Positions 49,126 through 62,099 of a DNA stretch of 64,000 nucleotides are shown here, in pieces. Both the position numbers and the translations under genes were made by a program. The number at the start of each line of letters is the position of its first letter. The first letter of the stretch is position 1. Below the pieces are notes generated by a model. That model ran no database searches, was not told where the DNA came from, and saw only the letters and a list, made by a program, of their open reading frames with translations. The stretch is from Octopus vulgaris (Eukaryota): assembly GCA_951406725.2 (NCBI GenBank), contig OX597831.1:55552001-55616000 (forward strand), in the 5' to 3' direction.

Positions 49126-49219
49126 ATGTCAAAAGAATTTAAAGTTTTACACAGTTTTGAAGAATCATTGCTGAAATCTTACAAACATTACCTTGAATAT
49201 CTTTGGTCAGTCGTTTCTC
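49126..49219 (+). CDS. NOC3L: NOC3L exon 6 (MSKEFKVLHSFEESLLKSYKHYLEYL)
   Basis: FExxLxxxYxxYL motif; TAG/GTAAGT. Confidence 0.92.
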
Positions 49220-49589
49220 GTAAGTATTCCTTCTTTTTACTCTCATACCTGTTCATTACGTCTCAGAATGTCATGCTCTTTGTGGATTTTTCTGCTATTC
49301 ATATTAACTAGAATTTCGAGCTCTTTTGATGAAATGAAAGTGATTTTAAAGTGAAGTATCATTTTGCATGGATGAGATGGAACAAATTATCCATTTATTT
49401 TTTCAGTGTTAACCTGAAATACATTTTATTGAATTGGCTGTGTGGTAAGTAGCTTGCTTACCAAGTACATGGATCCGGGTTCAGTCACATTGCGTGGCAC
49501 CTTGGGCAAGTGTCTTCTACTATAGCCTCGGGCCGACCAAAGCCTTGTGAGTGGATTTGGTAGACAGAAACTGAAAGAAGCCCATCGTA

Positions 49590-49636
<47 letters not shown>

Positions 49637-50341
49637 CTGTGTTTGTCCCCCTAGCATTGCTTGACAACCGATGCTGGTGTGTTTATGTCCCCGTCACTTA
49701 GCGGTTCGGCAAAAGAGACCGATAGAATAAGTACTGGGCTTACAAAGAATAAGTCCCAGGGTCGATTTGCTCGACTAAAAAGGTGGTGCTCCAGCATGGC
49801 CGCAATCAAATGACTGAAACAAGTAAAAAAGAGTAAAGCGTATTGTATTTTAGTAGAAATATTTTCGTCATCATCAGTATTTTAGCATGGTTTGGATAGA
49901 TTTGCTACGTAGCATATCTTCTCTAGGCCCATTTTTCTGTGATATTCAGTCTTGGAATTTGAGCTCATCACTTCTTTCTCAGTTTTCCTATTCCACTTCA
50001 ATCCTCTACTGCCAGTAAATGACAAATTTTGACTTAGCACTGCTTGCATATTCACATTTGCAAGCTCCAACCAATGATATTGTCACTTCTGTGTACTTCA
50101 GCTGATATTTTTAATGCTCAGCTGCCTCTCTTAAAGCTATTGTGCTCTGTTCTGTTGATTAACACCACACAGACAAGCCTCAATCACCATTTCTTTGTTT
50201 CCACATCTTTCTCATTCAATACCCATACCTCAGTACCGTGTAGTGCCACAGTTTTATACATATTTCATATACAGTAATACCTCACTTTACAAGGACCTCC
50301 TTTATGAGACCCTGGGTTTACAAGTTTTATTTTATAATAAA

Positions 50342-51123
50342 CTAGCAGAGATACCTGGCCTTGCTTGGGATTAAAATGGCATAGTTGTGACTGCAGCCAT
50401 GCTGGAGCACCGCTGTTGGTTGAACAAATTGACCACAGGATTTATTCTTTGTAAGCCTAGTATTTATTCTATCAGAGTCTTTTGCTGAACTGCTAAGCTA
50501 TGGGAATGTAAACACAACAACATCGGTTGTCATGCAATGGTGGGTGTACAAACACACACACAAATATACGCATATATACGACAGTCCCCTTTCAGTTTCC
50601 ATGTATGAAATCTACTCACAAGGTTTTGGTCAGCCTGAGGCTAAAATATATATATATATATATACACACACATATATTTAGGACAGATTTCTTTCAGTTT
50701 CTTTCAACCAAATCCACTGACATGGCTTTGGTTGGCCCAAAGTGCATGTTGTGGGACTGCACCCGGAATCATGTGGTTGGGAAGCAAGCTTCTTAGCACA
50801 CAGCCATGCCGCACCTATATATATATATACACACACACATACATAGTGGAAGTAATTGAAATTGAAACCATATAATAGTGAAACTATTATATCACATTAC
50901 AATAGAGATGTTATTGTTTTACTTTTGACACGTAATACTGAAACAGTGTAAGAGATAAGAGATTGCTCTGGGCTTGCATTAGGCAAGGAGTTGAACATTT
51001 TTTTGGCCCATGACACTCCATGGACCCTAAATAAGGCATGTGTAAAATTTGAATGAAATTGTTTGGGTAGTTCTTGAGTTTTAGTGATGCACACATACAT
51101 TCTCAGTTTTATATATATATAGA
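50342..51123 (-). mobile_element. Non-autonomous Helitron-like element containing a SINE (~50390-50815)
   Basis: A|TC 5' end (TCTATATATATATAAAACTG); 3' subterminal hairpin-like CCCAAGCAAGGCCAGG then CTAG|T; no TSD. Confidence 0.7.
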
Positions 51124-51435
51124 TATAAAAAGTTTAAACAGCATGTGGTGACACTGATTCTGACATGTCTACACAGCTGCATATAGCGATGGAGTAAAAT
51201 GATGGCATAAAATTTCATTGCTACTATGAGAAATTATTGCTCTGCTTTATGACTTTTCACTTTACAAGCAGTCTTTGGGAATAAATTAACTTGTATGTTG
51301 AGGCATTACTGTAATTTACCTTTTCTTTATACTTGTATCTTTATTTTCTCTTTATGGGTACATCCAAACATAAATTTAATTAACTACTTTTGGTGCTGAA
51401 TGTATTCATAATTTTAATACATTTTTTTTCACATA

Positions 51436-51833
51436 GGCGCAGGAGTGGCTGTGTGGTATGTAGCTTGCTAACCAACCACATGGTTCCGGGTTCAGTCCCA
51501 CTGCGTGGCATCTTGGGCAAGTGTCTTCTGCTATAGCCTCGGGCCGACCAGTGCCTTGTGAGTGGATTTGGTAGACAGAAACTGAAAGAAGCCTGTTGTA
51601 TATATATATATATATATATATATATGAATATATGTGTGTGTCTGTGTTTGTCCCCCTAGCATTGCTTGACAACCGATGCTGGTGTGTTTATACGTCCCTG
51701 TCACTTAGCAGTTCGGCAAAAGAGACCGATAGAATAAGTACTGAGCTTACAAAGAATAAGTCCTGGGGTCGATTTGCTCGACTAAAGGCGGTGCTCCAGC
51801 ATGGCCGCAGTCAAATGACTGAAACAAGTAAAA
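51436..51833 (+). mobile_element. Major tRNA-derived SINE with central (TA)n(TG)n; copies at 17906, 20318, 20940, 31377 (split), 49435, 57042, 59185, 59910 and 11990-12410(-)
   Basis: GGCGCAGGAGTGGCTGTGTGG head, GGTTCAGTCC B box, CCTTGGGCAAG core-like motif, tail ...GAAACAAGTAAAAG. Confidence 0.88.
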
Positions 51834-52782
51834 GTTAATAATAGTTTCATAGCATTTATCTATGATCCATTCTGTAGCATCACAACCATTCCAGTGAATT
51901 TGGATACAGCCACTTTAGTCTTCATCTAGACAATGCAAATAATTATGTTTGGGTATCTACTGATCTACTCCTTTATTGCTGTTGAATAGAATTGAACTGA
52001 GAAAAATAACATATGCTTATGCTCCAACAATGTGCAAATTTGATATTTCCAGCTCAAACATTTACCCTTCAGCATTCAGATTACTTTGTCAAATGTAATG
52101 CTTATTTATTTGCATTATTTTGAATTGATCATGCACTATCTCATAGCTTTGAGATTTTGATGATGTGATTGCATATTTTAAAAATGACATTATGGGGTAG
52201 GTGTGAAAGGCCAGATCTGACTGATATGAAGATAAAACTGGTAGAATATTTAGGTCAGGTGCAATCAGTTTAAACAAAAATACATGGAGGAGACATTACT
52301 TAGATGCATTTGAGTTTGATGAAGAGATAGATAGAGTGAGAAGAAAGAGGTGTCTACATAAAGAGTGAAAGTGAAAGAAACAGATGTCTTGTCTTTAAAT
52401 TGCTACAGTAGATATTGCCAAAGTGATTGTTGTATCATCTGACATCTACTGTAGTAATGGAATCTCATTTCACCAAATCTTATTTATACATGAAACTGAG
52501 AAGGAAAACAGGAATGTGTGGTGTTTTTATTATGTGATAACCCCATAAATATAATTTCAAAGTAAAATTATCAAATAGTCAATATAAAAGGTGTGTGTGT
52601 GTATAACACCAGGCAAGAAACTCTAGAAGTTCATATTTAATGTAGATTTTCCTGGAATTAAATTTTTTGGCCTAAAAAGTAATTTTTTTCAGTTTTTTTT
52701 TTACTGGATTTCCAAATAATTACAAAATTCTTAATAATGAATGATTTGGATTAAATATTTGCATGATTCAATTTAATTTCAG

Positions 52783-52832
52783 AACCCAAAGATGACTCTA
52801 CATTATCACAAACTAAACTAAATGATAAAAAG
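52783..52832 (+). CDS. NOC3L: NOC3L exon 7 (QPKDDSTLSQTKLNDKK)
   Basis: TTTCAG/GTGAGC; needed to bridge phase 1 to phase 0. Confidence 0.8.
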
Positions 52833-53518
52833 GTGAGCAAAATTCGTTTGTAATACTTTTTCTTATGTATTATTCCTTATTATGGAATGACTGTAGTATT
52901 GAATCTCCATATTGTTATGATATAAGTGAAGAAGCATTTGGCTTTCCAGCTAGGTGCAGTAGTGGCTGTATGGTAAAGATGTTTGCATTGCAGTCAAATA
53001 GTTCCAGGTTTGCCCCCCCCCCCCCCCCCACAACCATGTGGTATCTTGGAAAAGCATTTTCTAACATTGCATCAAAGAGATTCAAGTTTTGCAAGTGAAT
53101 TTGGATAGACGGAAACTGTGTGGAAGCCTATCCGACTATTCTTGAATAGTAGGCTTAATCCATCACCAGGTGTAGCACAAATATTTGATCTTTAGTCAGC
53201 ATGCACTAAGCAAGTAATTGGACTAGGTGCCCCCCCCTGAAGATAATTTGATATCTCAGTGTGCTGCATCAACCCATGAATTTGGTTTCATCCCACTATT
53301 TGCGACAAGTCTTGGAGGCATGTAACATACCATGAGCAGTACTCTTCCTCTTTTAACCTGGCCATCATTTTAAACGAGATCTCTTCTTTATTTCTTCAGT
53401 ATTTTAACAGTTTGTCTTGTTTGATACACACTTATGGAAGTGTAGCTAATTTATCTATGTGGTTGTTCTAATTAAGTTCAAGTTAGATCAAAGGTTTCTG
53501 TTTTTTTTTATACAACAG

Positions 53519-53638
53519 GTTATGAAAGAAGTTGCTACTCAATGCCTGTGCAAGCTACTTGTTAGCTGTTATCACTTCAATTTCCGCAGTGAACTCATCT
53601 CATTTGTTGTCCCTTGCATGAATCTGTTCAACAAAGTG
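53519..53638 (+). CDS. NOC3L: NOC3L exon 8 (VMKEVATQCLCKLLVSCYHFNFRSELISFVVPCMN...)
   Basis: HFNF motif of NOC3; CAG/GTATGA. Confidence 0.94.
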
Positions 53639-53750
53639 GTATGATTTTTCTTTATTCTTAATTATTCTTTACATATATATATAATACATTATATGTGTAT
53701 ATCATCATCATCATCGTTTAATGTCCGTTCTCCATGCTAGCATGGGTTGG

Positions 53751-53782
<32 letters not shown>

Positions 53783-54827
53783 AAGAATGAGAGAAAATGT
53801 ATATCTTCACACAGTCTTCATTACTTAATCAAGCAAATACTTATTCTTTATTAAGATTTACCTTAGCATGTGAATAGAAGGATCAAGCACACTTATGATC
53901 AAAAGGCAGTCCAGTTATGACCTTCTCAACATTTTTTTGCTACAGTCTGTCTTGGATCACATAATGTGTCCATTTTTTAAGACAGATGTGATTCAAAAGT
54001 GATTTAGCTGTTATTTCAAGTGTTGGCATATAATGGCCTTGATTCATAATTGGCAAGTTCTTTCCATTGACTAAAAAAAGGCAACATTACATCAGTTTGG
54101 TTTTCCTCTTTAAAGTTAGAGGTTCTAAGGGTGCTTGACTCCTGAAAGCATTGTAGGAATGCTGTTGTGACATGCAGTGTGTCTTGAGTATTTTACTTGT
54201 GCTAGAGCTCATCTCTGTCCAAGTCTGAGCACGACTGATTTCTTCTACTGAAACAGAAGATGAGGAGAGAAAGAACAGGAGAGAGAAGAAATGGCTCCAG
54301 TACCAGACTGGTACTTTATTTTTCAACACCAAAAGAGTGAAAGATAAAATTGACTGCAGCAGGATTGGAACTCAGAGCACTGGAACATATTACAGAGCAG
54401 TTTCTCTGGTGCTCTACCAACTATGCTAACTCACTGCCTTATTCTATTAGGATATCAATGATGTGGGAAAAGTAAAGCCCTTGGCTATTTGCATATATTT
54501 CATTGTTTTTTTCTTTCTTTTTGGAGCATTTTGTTTTATGGCTATATACTCTCATTCTTACTGAGCAGTTATTTATGTAATCTGAGTAGAATTTAATTCT
54601 TCACCCAAGCAAAATAAGTTATATGCTTTGTCCCTAAGTACACAACTTATTGGTTACAGTGAAGTGTGAACTCATGACCATATATTCAATATGTCAATCC
54701 CCTTGACTTTAAAAGCATTGTGTCTGTTTGCTTGCATGAAATCAGTAAGATGTTCATCTTTAGTTATGTTATATTCAAGCAAAGGCTACATTTGTCGATA
54801 ATTTTGTTAATTGTTATCCAATTCCAG

Positions 54828-54899
54828 AGTTCAAATGCTGCATGTGAGGCAGTTAAAGAGGTTTTCAAAATTGATAAACTTGGTGCTGCTTCTCTTGAA
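54828..54899 (+). CDS. NOC3L: NOC3L exon 9 (SSNAACEAVKEVFKIDKLGAASLE)
   Basis: CxAVxxxFKxDKxGxxSL motif; CAG/GTGAGT. Confidence 0.93.
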
Positions 54900-55537
54900 G
54901 TGAGTAAAAATTTGCTTATGTTATATCATTGCTAGTTTGACTGTTTAATACTTAACCATTTCATTACCCTATTTCTACTGAAATATACTCCCTTTGTTTC
55001 AATTAAGTTTTTAAATAATTAAGAATTTGATAAAATAATTTTGTCGTTATCAAGCTGGTGCTTGGAACTTAAATTAGCATGAAAATTTGATGGATGATTT
55101 TAATTTAAAACAGGATGTTTGTATTCTAGAACTAGGGACAATCTCAGGCACGTTGGTAACAAAAGGGTTTTCAATAGGTTACCACATGGAGAACCTAGTG
55201 GCTGTTGACTTCTGCATTATACCTTTTTGTTGTCCTTGAATCTGATGACAGTGAATTGAAAAGTATTTGAATATTAAATGTAATCTAGCAGAACTCTGTA
55301 ACCCATAACAGCCACAAAATATAAAATTTGTGATGATATTGATTATTATTAATGAGTGTAAGTGAAAAAGACAGCTACCTTAGAGTAGTAAACAGTTTGA
55401 TCTTTTATTAGTTAACTCCATCTTTGTTTCTATATAAAGTATTTTTCTTTGTATCCCTTAGTAATGTGACAATACTTCTTATATTAACAGGATTTTTCTT
55501 TTCCTATAGTAATCTGACTTTTCCTCTATATTTTCAG

Positions 55538-55594
55538 ATTGTAAAAGGTATTGAAGATCTTGTTAAAAAGAAAATATCTCTTGTGAAACCTAAG
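55538..55594 (+). CDS. NOC3L: NOC3L exon 10 (IVKGIEDLVKKKISLVKPK)
   Basis: TTTTCAG/GTAAGT; phase 0. Confidence 0.9.
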
Positions 55595-55989
55595 GTAAGT
55601 GGAATTGGACAGAATTTAAATTATCCTGAACACTCTACCTTTTGGCAGTGATCATAAACCCAGTTATCTTTATTTCTAGCGAAGAGGAGGAAGAGAGGAA
55701 CTTGATTAGAACTCTTCATTGTTTGATTATTCTAAGTTGCTATGTTTGAGAATGGGATTAGCTAGGTTGCCATCTAAGGCTGTGGATTTGGCTGTGCCCA
55801 GATGGAGACGGATCTGCAAAGTTTGGAAACGGGAAGCATTGAAAGGTTTAATGAGAGACAAAGGAAGAAACTAATTCGAGAATACTGTTATTTATACTGA
55901 AAGTGAATTTGGAAGGGGAACCAATGGCATAATGTGGCTTTAGCTGGTTAAGTCAAAAGTTTTTTTCATATTCGAAGCTTTAATTAATA

Positions 55990-56870
55990 ATTCAAACAAA
56001 TTAAATATGAAAAGTGTTTCTTCATCAAAATATATCCCATCTTAGTCTGTTGCCATTGTTGAGCCAGAAGCTCAATTCCACTCTTATGCCATTTTGCTGG
56101 TTTAGAGGCAAAAAACTTTCTGCATCTGTTTTCAACCTCATTCACATTGTAGAACCTCCGTCCATGCAGGAAATGATGGTACAGCGTCTGGACTGAAGGC
56201 AGGGTGAGGCAGCATTTGCAGCCCTTCAAGTTTACACTTGGTCACATTGGCAGTGTGTGCTGGGGCATTGTCATGTTGTTGGAATGCATGTCTTCAATAG
56301 ACCAATGCCAGGTAGTGGGCTTTTAAATCATAATGTACTTGCTGCAGTTGTTGAGCATAAAGGTTAGCATTCACAGCATAACCTTCAATTCAAAATGCCT
56401 GTCTTTGACAAGTTCTGAATTCTGGCCAGAACAAAACCACTGATTTTTCTTAGATTTATGAAAATAGATCCAATTTTCATCCCCAATTTGATGCCAAAAA
56501 TTAGCATCTTGAGGATTTGCCAGCAGTTGTCTGCAAACGTTCATACCTGGTCATTGGCCAGTTCGTGAGGAGCTTCTCAACAGTGCCTGCTCACCAGGCC
56601 AAACTTCTGGAGGTGTCAACTAATGATGCTTTATTAAGGAACAAGTTCTGCTGACAATGTAAGAGTGTTTGTGCTTGGCTATTGTTCAGCCATTTCAAGT
56701 AAGGCCTCATCTTCCACAACAGGTTGTCTAGTGAAATGTGGAGAAAAGGACTGAGTGTAAGGGCAGAAGTAGAAGAAATTAATGATGTGTAAGACCCAGG
56801 AACTGTCAACAAATGGTTCAGATGTTTCAAGGAATGTGACACCAGCCTCATAAACAAACCAAAGTCAGGG
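55990..56870 (-). mobile_element. Decayed mariner transposase relic
   Basis: FFASKPAKWHKSGIELLAQQWQ (mariner C-terminus) and TVNKWFRCFK (HTH) peptides. Confidence 0.6.
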
Positions 56871-57711
56871 TGACTGCTGTCAGGGAAGAAATGAGGAATA
56901 TTCTTTCACACTGCATTTGGAATGAAAGTAGATTTGATCTTAATGGTCAGATATTGTCAAACGTTATCTGCTCCCAACAATTTCTGAGTCTACACTTTTG
57001 GTTCGGAAATGGAAAGAAGAAATTTTGAAATAATTATTGTATAGGCGCAGGAGTGGCTGTGTGGTAAGTAGCTTGTTTACCAACCACATGGTTCCGGGTT
57101 CAGTCCCATTGTGTGGCACTTTGGGCAAGTCTCTTCTACGATAGCCTCAGGCCGACCAAAGCCTTGTGAGTGGATTTGGTAGATGGAAACTGAAAGAAGC
57201 CCGTCGTATATATGTATATATATATGCATGTGTGTGTTTGTGTGTCTGTGTTTGTCCCCCTAGCATTGCTTGACAACTGATGCTGGTGTGTTTATGTCCC
57301 CGTTAATTAGCGGTTCGGCAAAAGAGACCGATAGAATAAGTACTGGGCTTGCAAAAGAATAAGTCCCGGGTTTGAGTTGCTCGATTAAAGGCGGTGCTCC
57401 AGCATGGCCGCAGTCAAATGACTGAAACAAGTAAAAGAGAGGTGTTGGTATGTCTTTGTGGTTAAGAAGCTTGCTCTGCAACCTCGTAATTTCCCATTCA
57501 ATCCTACTGTGCAGCACCATGGGGAAGTGCCTTCTATAGTCTTGGGCTGACAAATGCCTTTTGAGTGTGTAGTGATGCCATCTTGGAAATCTCCAGCATG
57601 CGCAGGGTTGGAGTCTTCCAGGAGGCCTGCTGCAAGTTCCCTCGTGCGCATGCACAAATACTGTTGAAGTTAATCAGAAGTCTTGACTCTTTCTTCGATT
57701 AATATTTTATG

Positions 57712-57940
57712 TAAAGGATGTGAGCTGCACCCATCCAGTGCGGGAATCTCTCATCCTGTTACAAGTGAATTTGGTAGATGGAAACTGTGAGAAAACCTGT
57801 CATGTGTATGTATATATATATAATATAAAGGATGCGAGCTGCACCCATCCAGTGCGGGAATCTCTCATCCTGTTACAAGTGAATTTGGTAGATGGAAACT
57901 ATGAGAAAACCTGTCATGTGTATGTGTATATATATATATA
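57712..57940 (+). repeat. Tandem duplication, 2 x ~114 bp
   Basis: TAAAGGATG(T/C)GAGCTGCACCCATCC... at 57712 and 57826, nearly identical. Confidence 0.9.
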
Positions 57941-57980
57941 TATGTATCAAATGAAATAAAAAACAGAACACAAAGGATGT

Positions 57981-58074
57981 CGCAGTACACATGTTTCGAG
58001 CTTTATAAAACAACTTATTCTTACATCAATGTATAATCGACATAACAGATAGTTTAAAACCCTCTTCAGCCGCA
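57981..58074 (-). ncRNA. Type I hammerhead ribozyme in a ~350-bp cassette (57946-58298) between (TA)n runs
   Basis: TGCGG-CTGAAGA-GGGTTTTA...TAAAGCTC-GAAA-CATGTG-TA-CTGCG; all three helices pair. Confidence 0.75.
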
Positions 58075-58329
58075 TGCAATTGCTACACCAAAGGCTTGTA
58101 TCACATTATGAAAGGTTTGAGAAAGAACATTTGGTATTATTTATAATGGTAGGTAAACTGAGTATCACTGAGAAAGTATGTTTGTAAATCTTCATAATCA
58201 AATAGGTGTACAGGGTATTATTGGACTCCAAACATACTAGCTGGCATATACAGGTGCTTACATTTATCAAGTATTCACCCTGGATTTATTGTACCTACCT
58301 ATATATATATATATATAAAATAAAAAATA

Positions 58330-58578
58330 AATGCGCCCTTTTTAAAGCCTAGCCAGGCTCGTGGGCCCAGTTTCCCGGTTTCTATGGTGTATGTGTTCCC
58401 CAGCTGGACGGAACGCCAGTCCATCGCAGCATTGCTCATTTTTGCCAGCTGAGTGGACTGGAGCAACGTGAAATGAAGTGTTTTGCTCAAGAATACAATC
58501 TCGCCCAGTCCAGGAATCGAAACCGCAATCTTACAATCACGGTGCTGACACCCTAACCACTAAGCCACGCGCCTCCAC
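58330..58578 (-). mobile_element. tRNA-derived SINE, third family; copy at 19889-20140(+)
   Basis: GGCTTAGTGGTTAGGGTG A box, GTTTCGATTCC B box, shared body. Confidence 0.75.
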
Positions 58579-58719
58579 ACACACACGCACACACATATAT
58601 ATCTAAATAAATGAAAGTTCAAAAGGAGATAATTGAAGAATTATAACATTACTTATTTTACAAATGCTGAAATATTCTGTTCCTGTATTATTAAAATATC
58701 ATATTCTGTTTTGCACTAG

Positions 58720-58839
58720 GTATTGAGTACTTTGCTGTCTCTGAAGATTAAGGAAATTGACATTGCTCAAGCCAAAAGCAAGGCTGAAAAGGAAAAACAT
58801 AAACAGAAATTACTGAAAATGTCTCGGCGGGAAAGAAAG
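58720..58839 (+). CDS. NOC3L: NOC3L exon 11 (VLSTLLSLKIKEIDI...KMSRRERK)
   Basis: LxLxIKE and SRxxRK motifs; TAG/GTAATA. Confidence 0.92.
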
Positions 58840-58899
58840 GTAATATGTCCTTTGCATATGTATTCTAACACTGAACCTTTTGAATTCTGATCTTTGGAG

Positions 58900-58933
<34 letters not shown>

Positions 58934-60452
58934 GTTGTGGACGAGTGTCATTATCATACAAGTAGTGTCTTTTGATTCCAATCTTCCATGAATACTTGTC
59001 TGGCTATGGGGTAATATTACATTACTTGAGAACAGGTGAGTGTTGGTGACAGGAATTGTATCCAGACATAGGAAAAGCTGTCTCAACAAATTTCATCTGA
59101 CCTTTCTGTAAGCATGAAAAAGTAGATATTAAAACAATGATGATATATGTATGCATGTATGTACATATATATATATATATATGTGCAGGTGTGGCTGTGT
59201 GGTAAGAAGCTTGCTTCCCAATCTATATGGTTCCAGGTTCAGTCCCACTGCATGGCACCTTGGGAAAGTGTCTTCTACTATAATCTTGGGCCAACCAAAG
59301 CCTTGTGAGTGGATTTGGTAGATGGAAACTGAAAGAAACCTGTTGCGTGTATGTGTATCATCATCATCATCGTTTAACGTCCTGTATTTGTCCCCCCCAC
59401 TATTACTTTGCAACTGATGCTGGTGTGTTTATGTCCCCGTAACATAGCAGTTCGGCTAAAGAGATCAATAGAATAAGTACTAGGCTTACATGCTGTCTCC
59501 AAAATAGGACTAGAATGATTTTCATCCAGTTGAGGAAAAAAAAACTGTTGAATGTGAAGTCCTCAAATGAAATAATAAAAAGTTCCTGGGTCTTCTTGTG
59601 CCTTATTCCTCACCATGACAGAAACAATGAATTCCCTTTTTACCATCATCATGTGACAATTTCCTATCAAAACTGCTTTTGCTCTGATGTAAAAATCAGG
59701 GACAAACAAATGATGGGGAAAGAACCTCCCTACCAATCCCTGTTTTGCCCCATGGCCAACTGTACACTGCATTTTCTCAGGCATAAAGACATTTGAGTGT
59801 CAAAGTCTTCGGTTATAACAGTGCTAATAGACTCACAGAAGGCATTATCTGCAAAGAACTGCTGTAGGCAATTAATAGTTTACAGTAACATATTTGGCCA
59901 ATTTTTAACCATGTGGTTAAGAGGCTCACTTTGCAATCATGTGGGATAAGATTCAGTCCCACTGTGCAGTGCTTTGAGCAAGTGTCTTCTATTATAACCC
60001 CAGACCGACCAGTGCCATGTCAGTGAATATAGTAGATGGAAACCGTGTGGAAGTCCATCATATATGTGTGTCTTTGTGTTTGTATAACCTCCCCCACCGT
60101 CTCCCTCACTCAACAGCCAGTGCTGGTTTGTTTACATCCTTGTAACTTAGTTTGGCAAAAGAGACCAATAGAGTAAGTACTAGATTTAAAAGAAATAAAT
60201 ATTGGGGTTGATTTGTTCAACTAAACCCTTCAAGGTGGTCCTCTGACATGGCTGCAGTCCAGTGACTGAAACTAGTTTAAGATAAAAGATTTTTCATATT
60301 GTTACATCATATTTAATATAAGATTAAAATTTAGAACAATTTAAAAAGTCTTCTAAGCTGCATTTGCCATGATCAAGGGAAAGCTCAACATTTTTCTGCA
60401 AAATAGCAAGAAGAATCTACTTTTTTTTTTTTTTTATCATAATGGTATTTAA

Positions 60453-60673
60453 CCCTTTAGTGTTCACATTATTCTACCAAAATTAATGCTTCTTTATCCA
60501 CATTGTTTTGAACTAATCATGCATTATCTTGTAGCTATGAGATTTTGATGAGGTAGCTGTTAATTTTTAAAACGATATTGTAAGGTTGGTGTGAGAGACC
60601 AGATCTGGCCAGTTTGAACATAAAACAGGCAGAATACTTTTGGCCCGATATGGCCGGTTTAAATGCTAAAGGG
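60453..60673. mobile_element. TTAA-flanked MITE (piggyBac-like CCC...GGG); related copies at 8100-8320, ~24145-24965, ~41030-41232, ~52062-52275
   Basis: TTAA|CCCTTTAG...CTAAAGGG|TTAA with a shared internal sequence. Confidence 0.75.
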
Positions 60674-61684
60674 TTAAACTGTGAAAATATTTTGGAACAG
60701 TGACAAATAATTGTTGACTAACAAAATTTGTTCCCAGAAAAGTCTGCAAGTTATGAAGAATCAGTAAAACAACACATTCAATTTTCGACAATTCAAATTT
60801 ATTTACATACGCAAACCTAACTTTGGCATTCAGGTTGTAATGTATTATAGCTATGTGTTAAATTAATGTTATTTCTATTCTACCAGCTTATTCTATTCCA
60901 TTATCATCTCTTTCACTTCCAATCAAAATTATTCTCCAAATCTACATAATTGTTCATTACTTCAATCTACAAATGCTTGTAGTAACAACAGGAAAAGATT
61001 TGGTGACATAGTTTTTGTCTTTTTTGTATGAGCAACAAACATCCTTTTTGGTAATTGTTATCATTGGCGCCATTATCTTTTCATTGGTAATGGTTTTGTT
61101 ATTTTACAGTGAATAAAAATCATCCTTGTTGGTAATTTGTCATCACTGGTATCATCCATAATCTCCATTTTACAGCAAAAATTGGTATCCTATTCACTTT
61201 CAACACTGAATTCCTATTAAAATATACTGCCTTTTTTTTTTTTTATTTTGGTAATACTAAATAATTTAATAAAATAACATTATTATTAAACTGGAGTTTG
61301 GAACATAAATTAATATAAAATTTCTTTGGAAAGTGTTAATTTAGGTTAATTTAAAATAGAAAGTTTGTATCATAGATCCATGGGTAGTTTTAGGTGGTGG
61401 TTTGGTATCAAAAGGGTTAACAACATCAATCTCATTGAGATGGTGGGAGAGTGGGGGTCGGAAAGGTCACAGGTAAATATTCCTTCCACAAGACCCATCA
61501 AGTAAAATAAAAAATAATAAACACAGCAACTAAAGGAAAGAAACCAATTGCAGAATTATTGAATGTATTGAAAATATCAAACTGTTGTTAGTGAGATGAT
61601 GGTATTGATAGTGATGATAATGATGTGTTTGGAGGTGTTGATAAAGGCGATGATTTAAAGTTGTATAAACATTTTCTGTTTCAG

Positions 61685-61765
61685 AGAGAGAAACAAATGG
61701 AACGTCTACAAAACGAACTTCTTGAAACCAAAGCCTCAGAAGACAAGAAAAAGAAGCTAGAATAT
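61685..61765 (+). CDS. NOC3L: NOC3L exon 12 (REKQMERLQNELLETKASEDKKKKLEY); gene continues beyond window
   Basis: Coiled-coil LxxELxExxAxE motif; CAG/GTAAGA; 466 codons in total, no stop reached. Confidence 0.9.
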
Positions 61766-62099
61766 GTAAGATTCCACTGGAACTGTTTTTCTTAAATCGA
61801 ATTATGTGTGTGTGTGTGTGTGTGTACATTTGTCTTCAAGTGTCTTTGCATGTGGTGACTTGTTTATATCCCACATAATTTGCCCAACACAATTTCATTG
61901 TGAGAAGACAAATGGAATAAAAGAAACTACTTGAAATTAAGTAAAGATTGGCACCAGGAAGGGCATCTGGCCATAGAATAATACCTCAGGAAATTTTGTC
62001 TAACATGGCAAAACTAACATAAAAACAATGATCATGATGTGTGTATGTGTATGTGTGTGTAAACTCCATATACTGTACCCAACGTAAGATATGGACTCA

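Noticed and set aside
38543-61684. Possible intronic snoRNAs in NOC3L
   Set aside because: No convincing C/D box pair with terminal stem or H/ACA fold seen by eye; a covariance search is needed.
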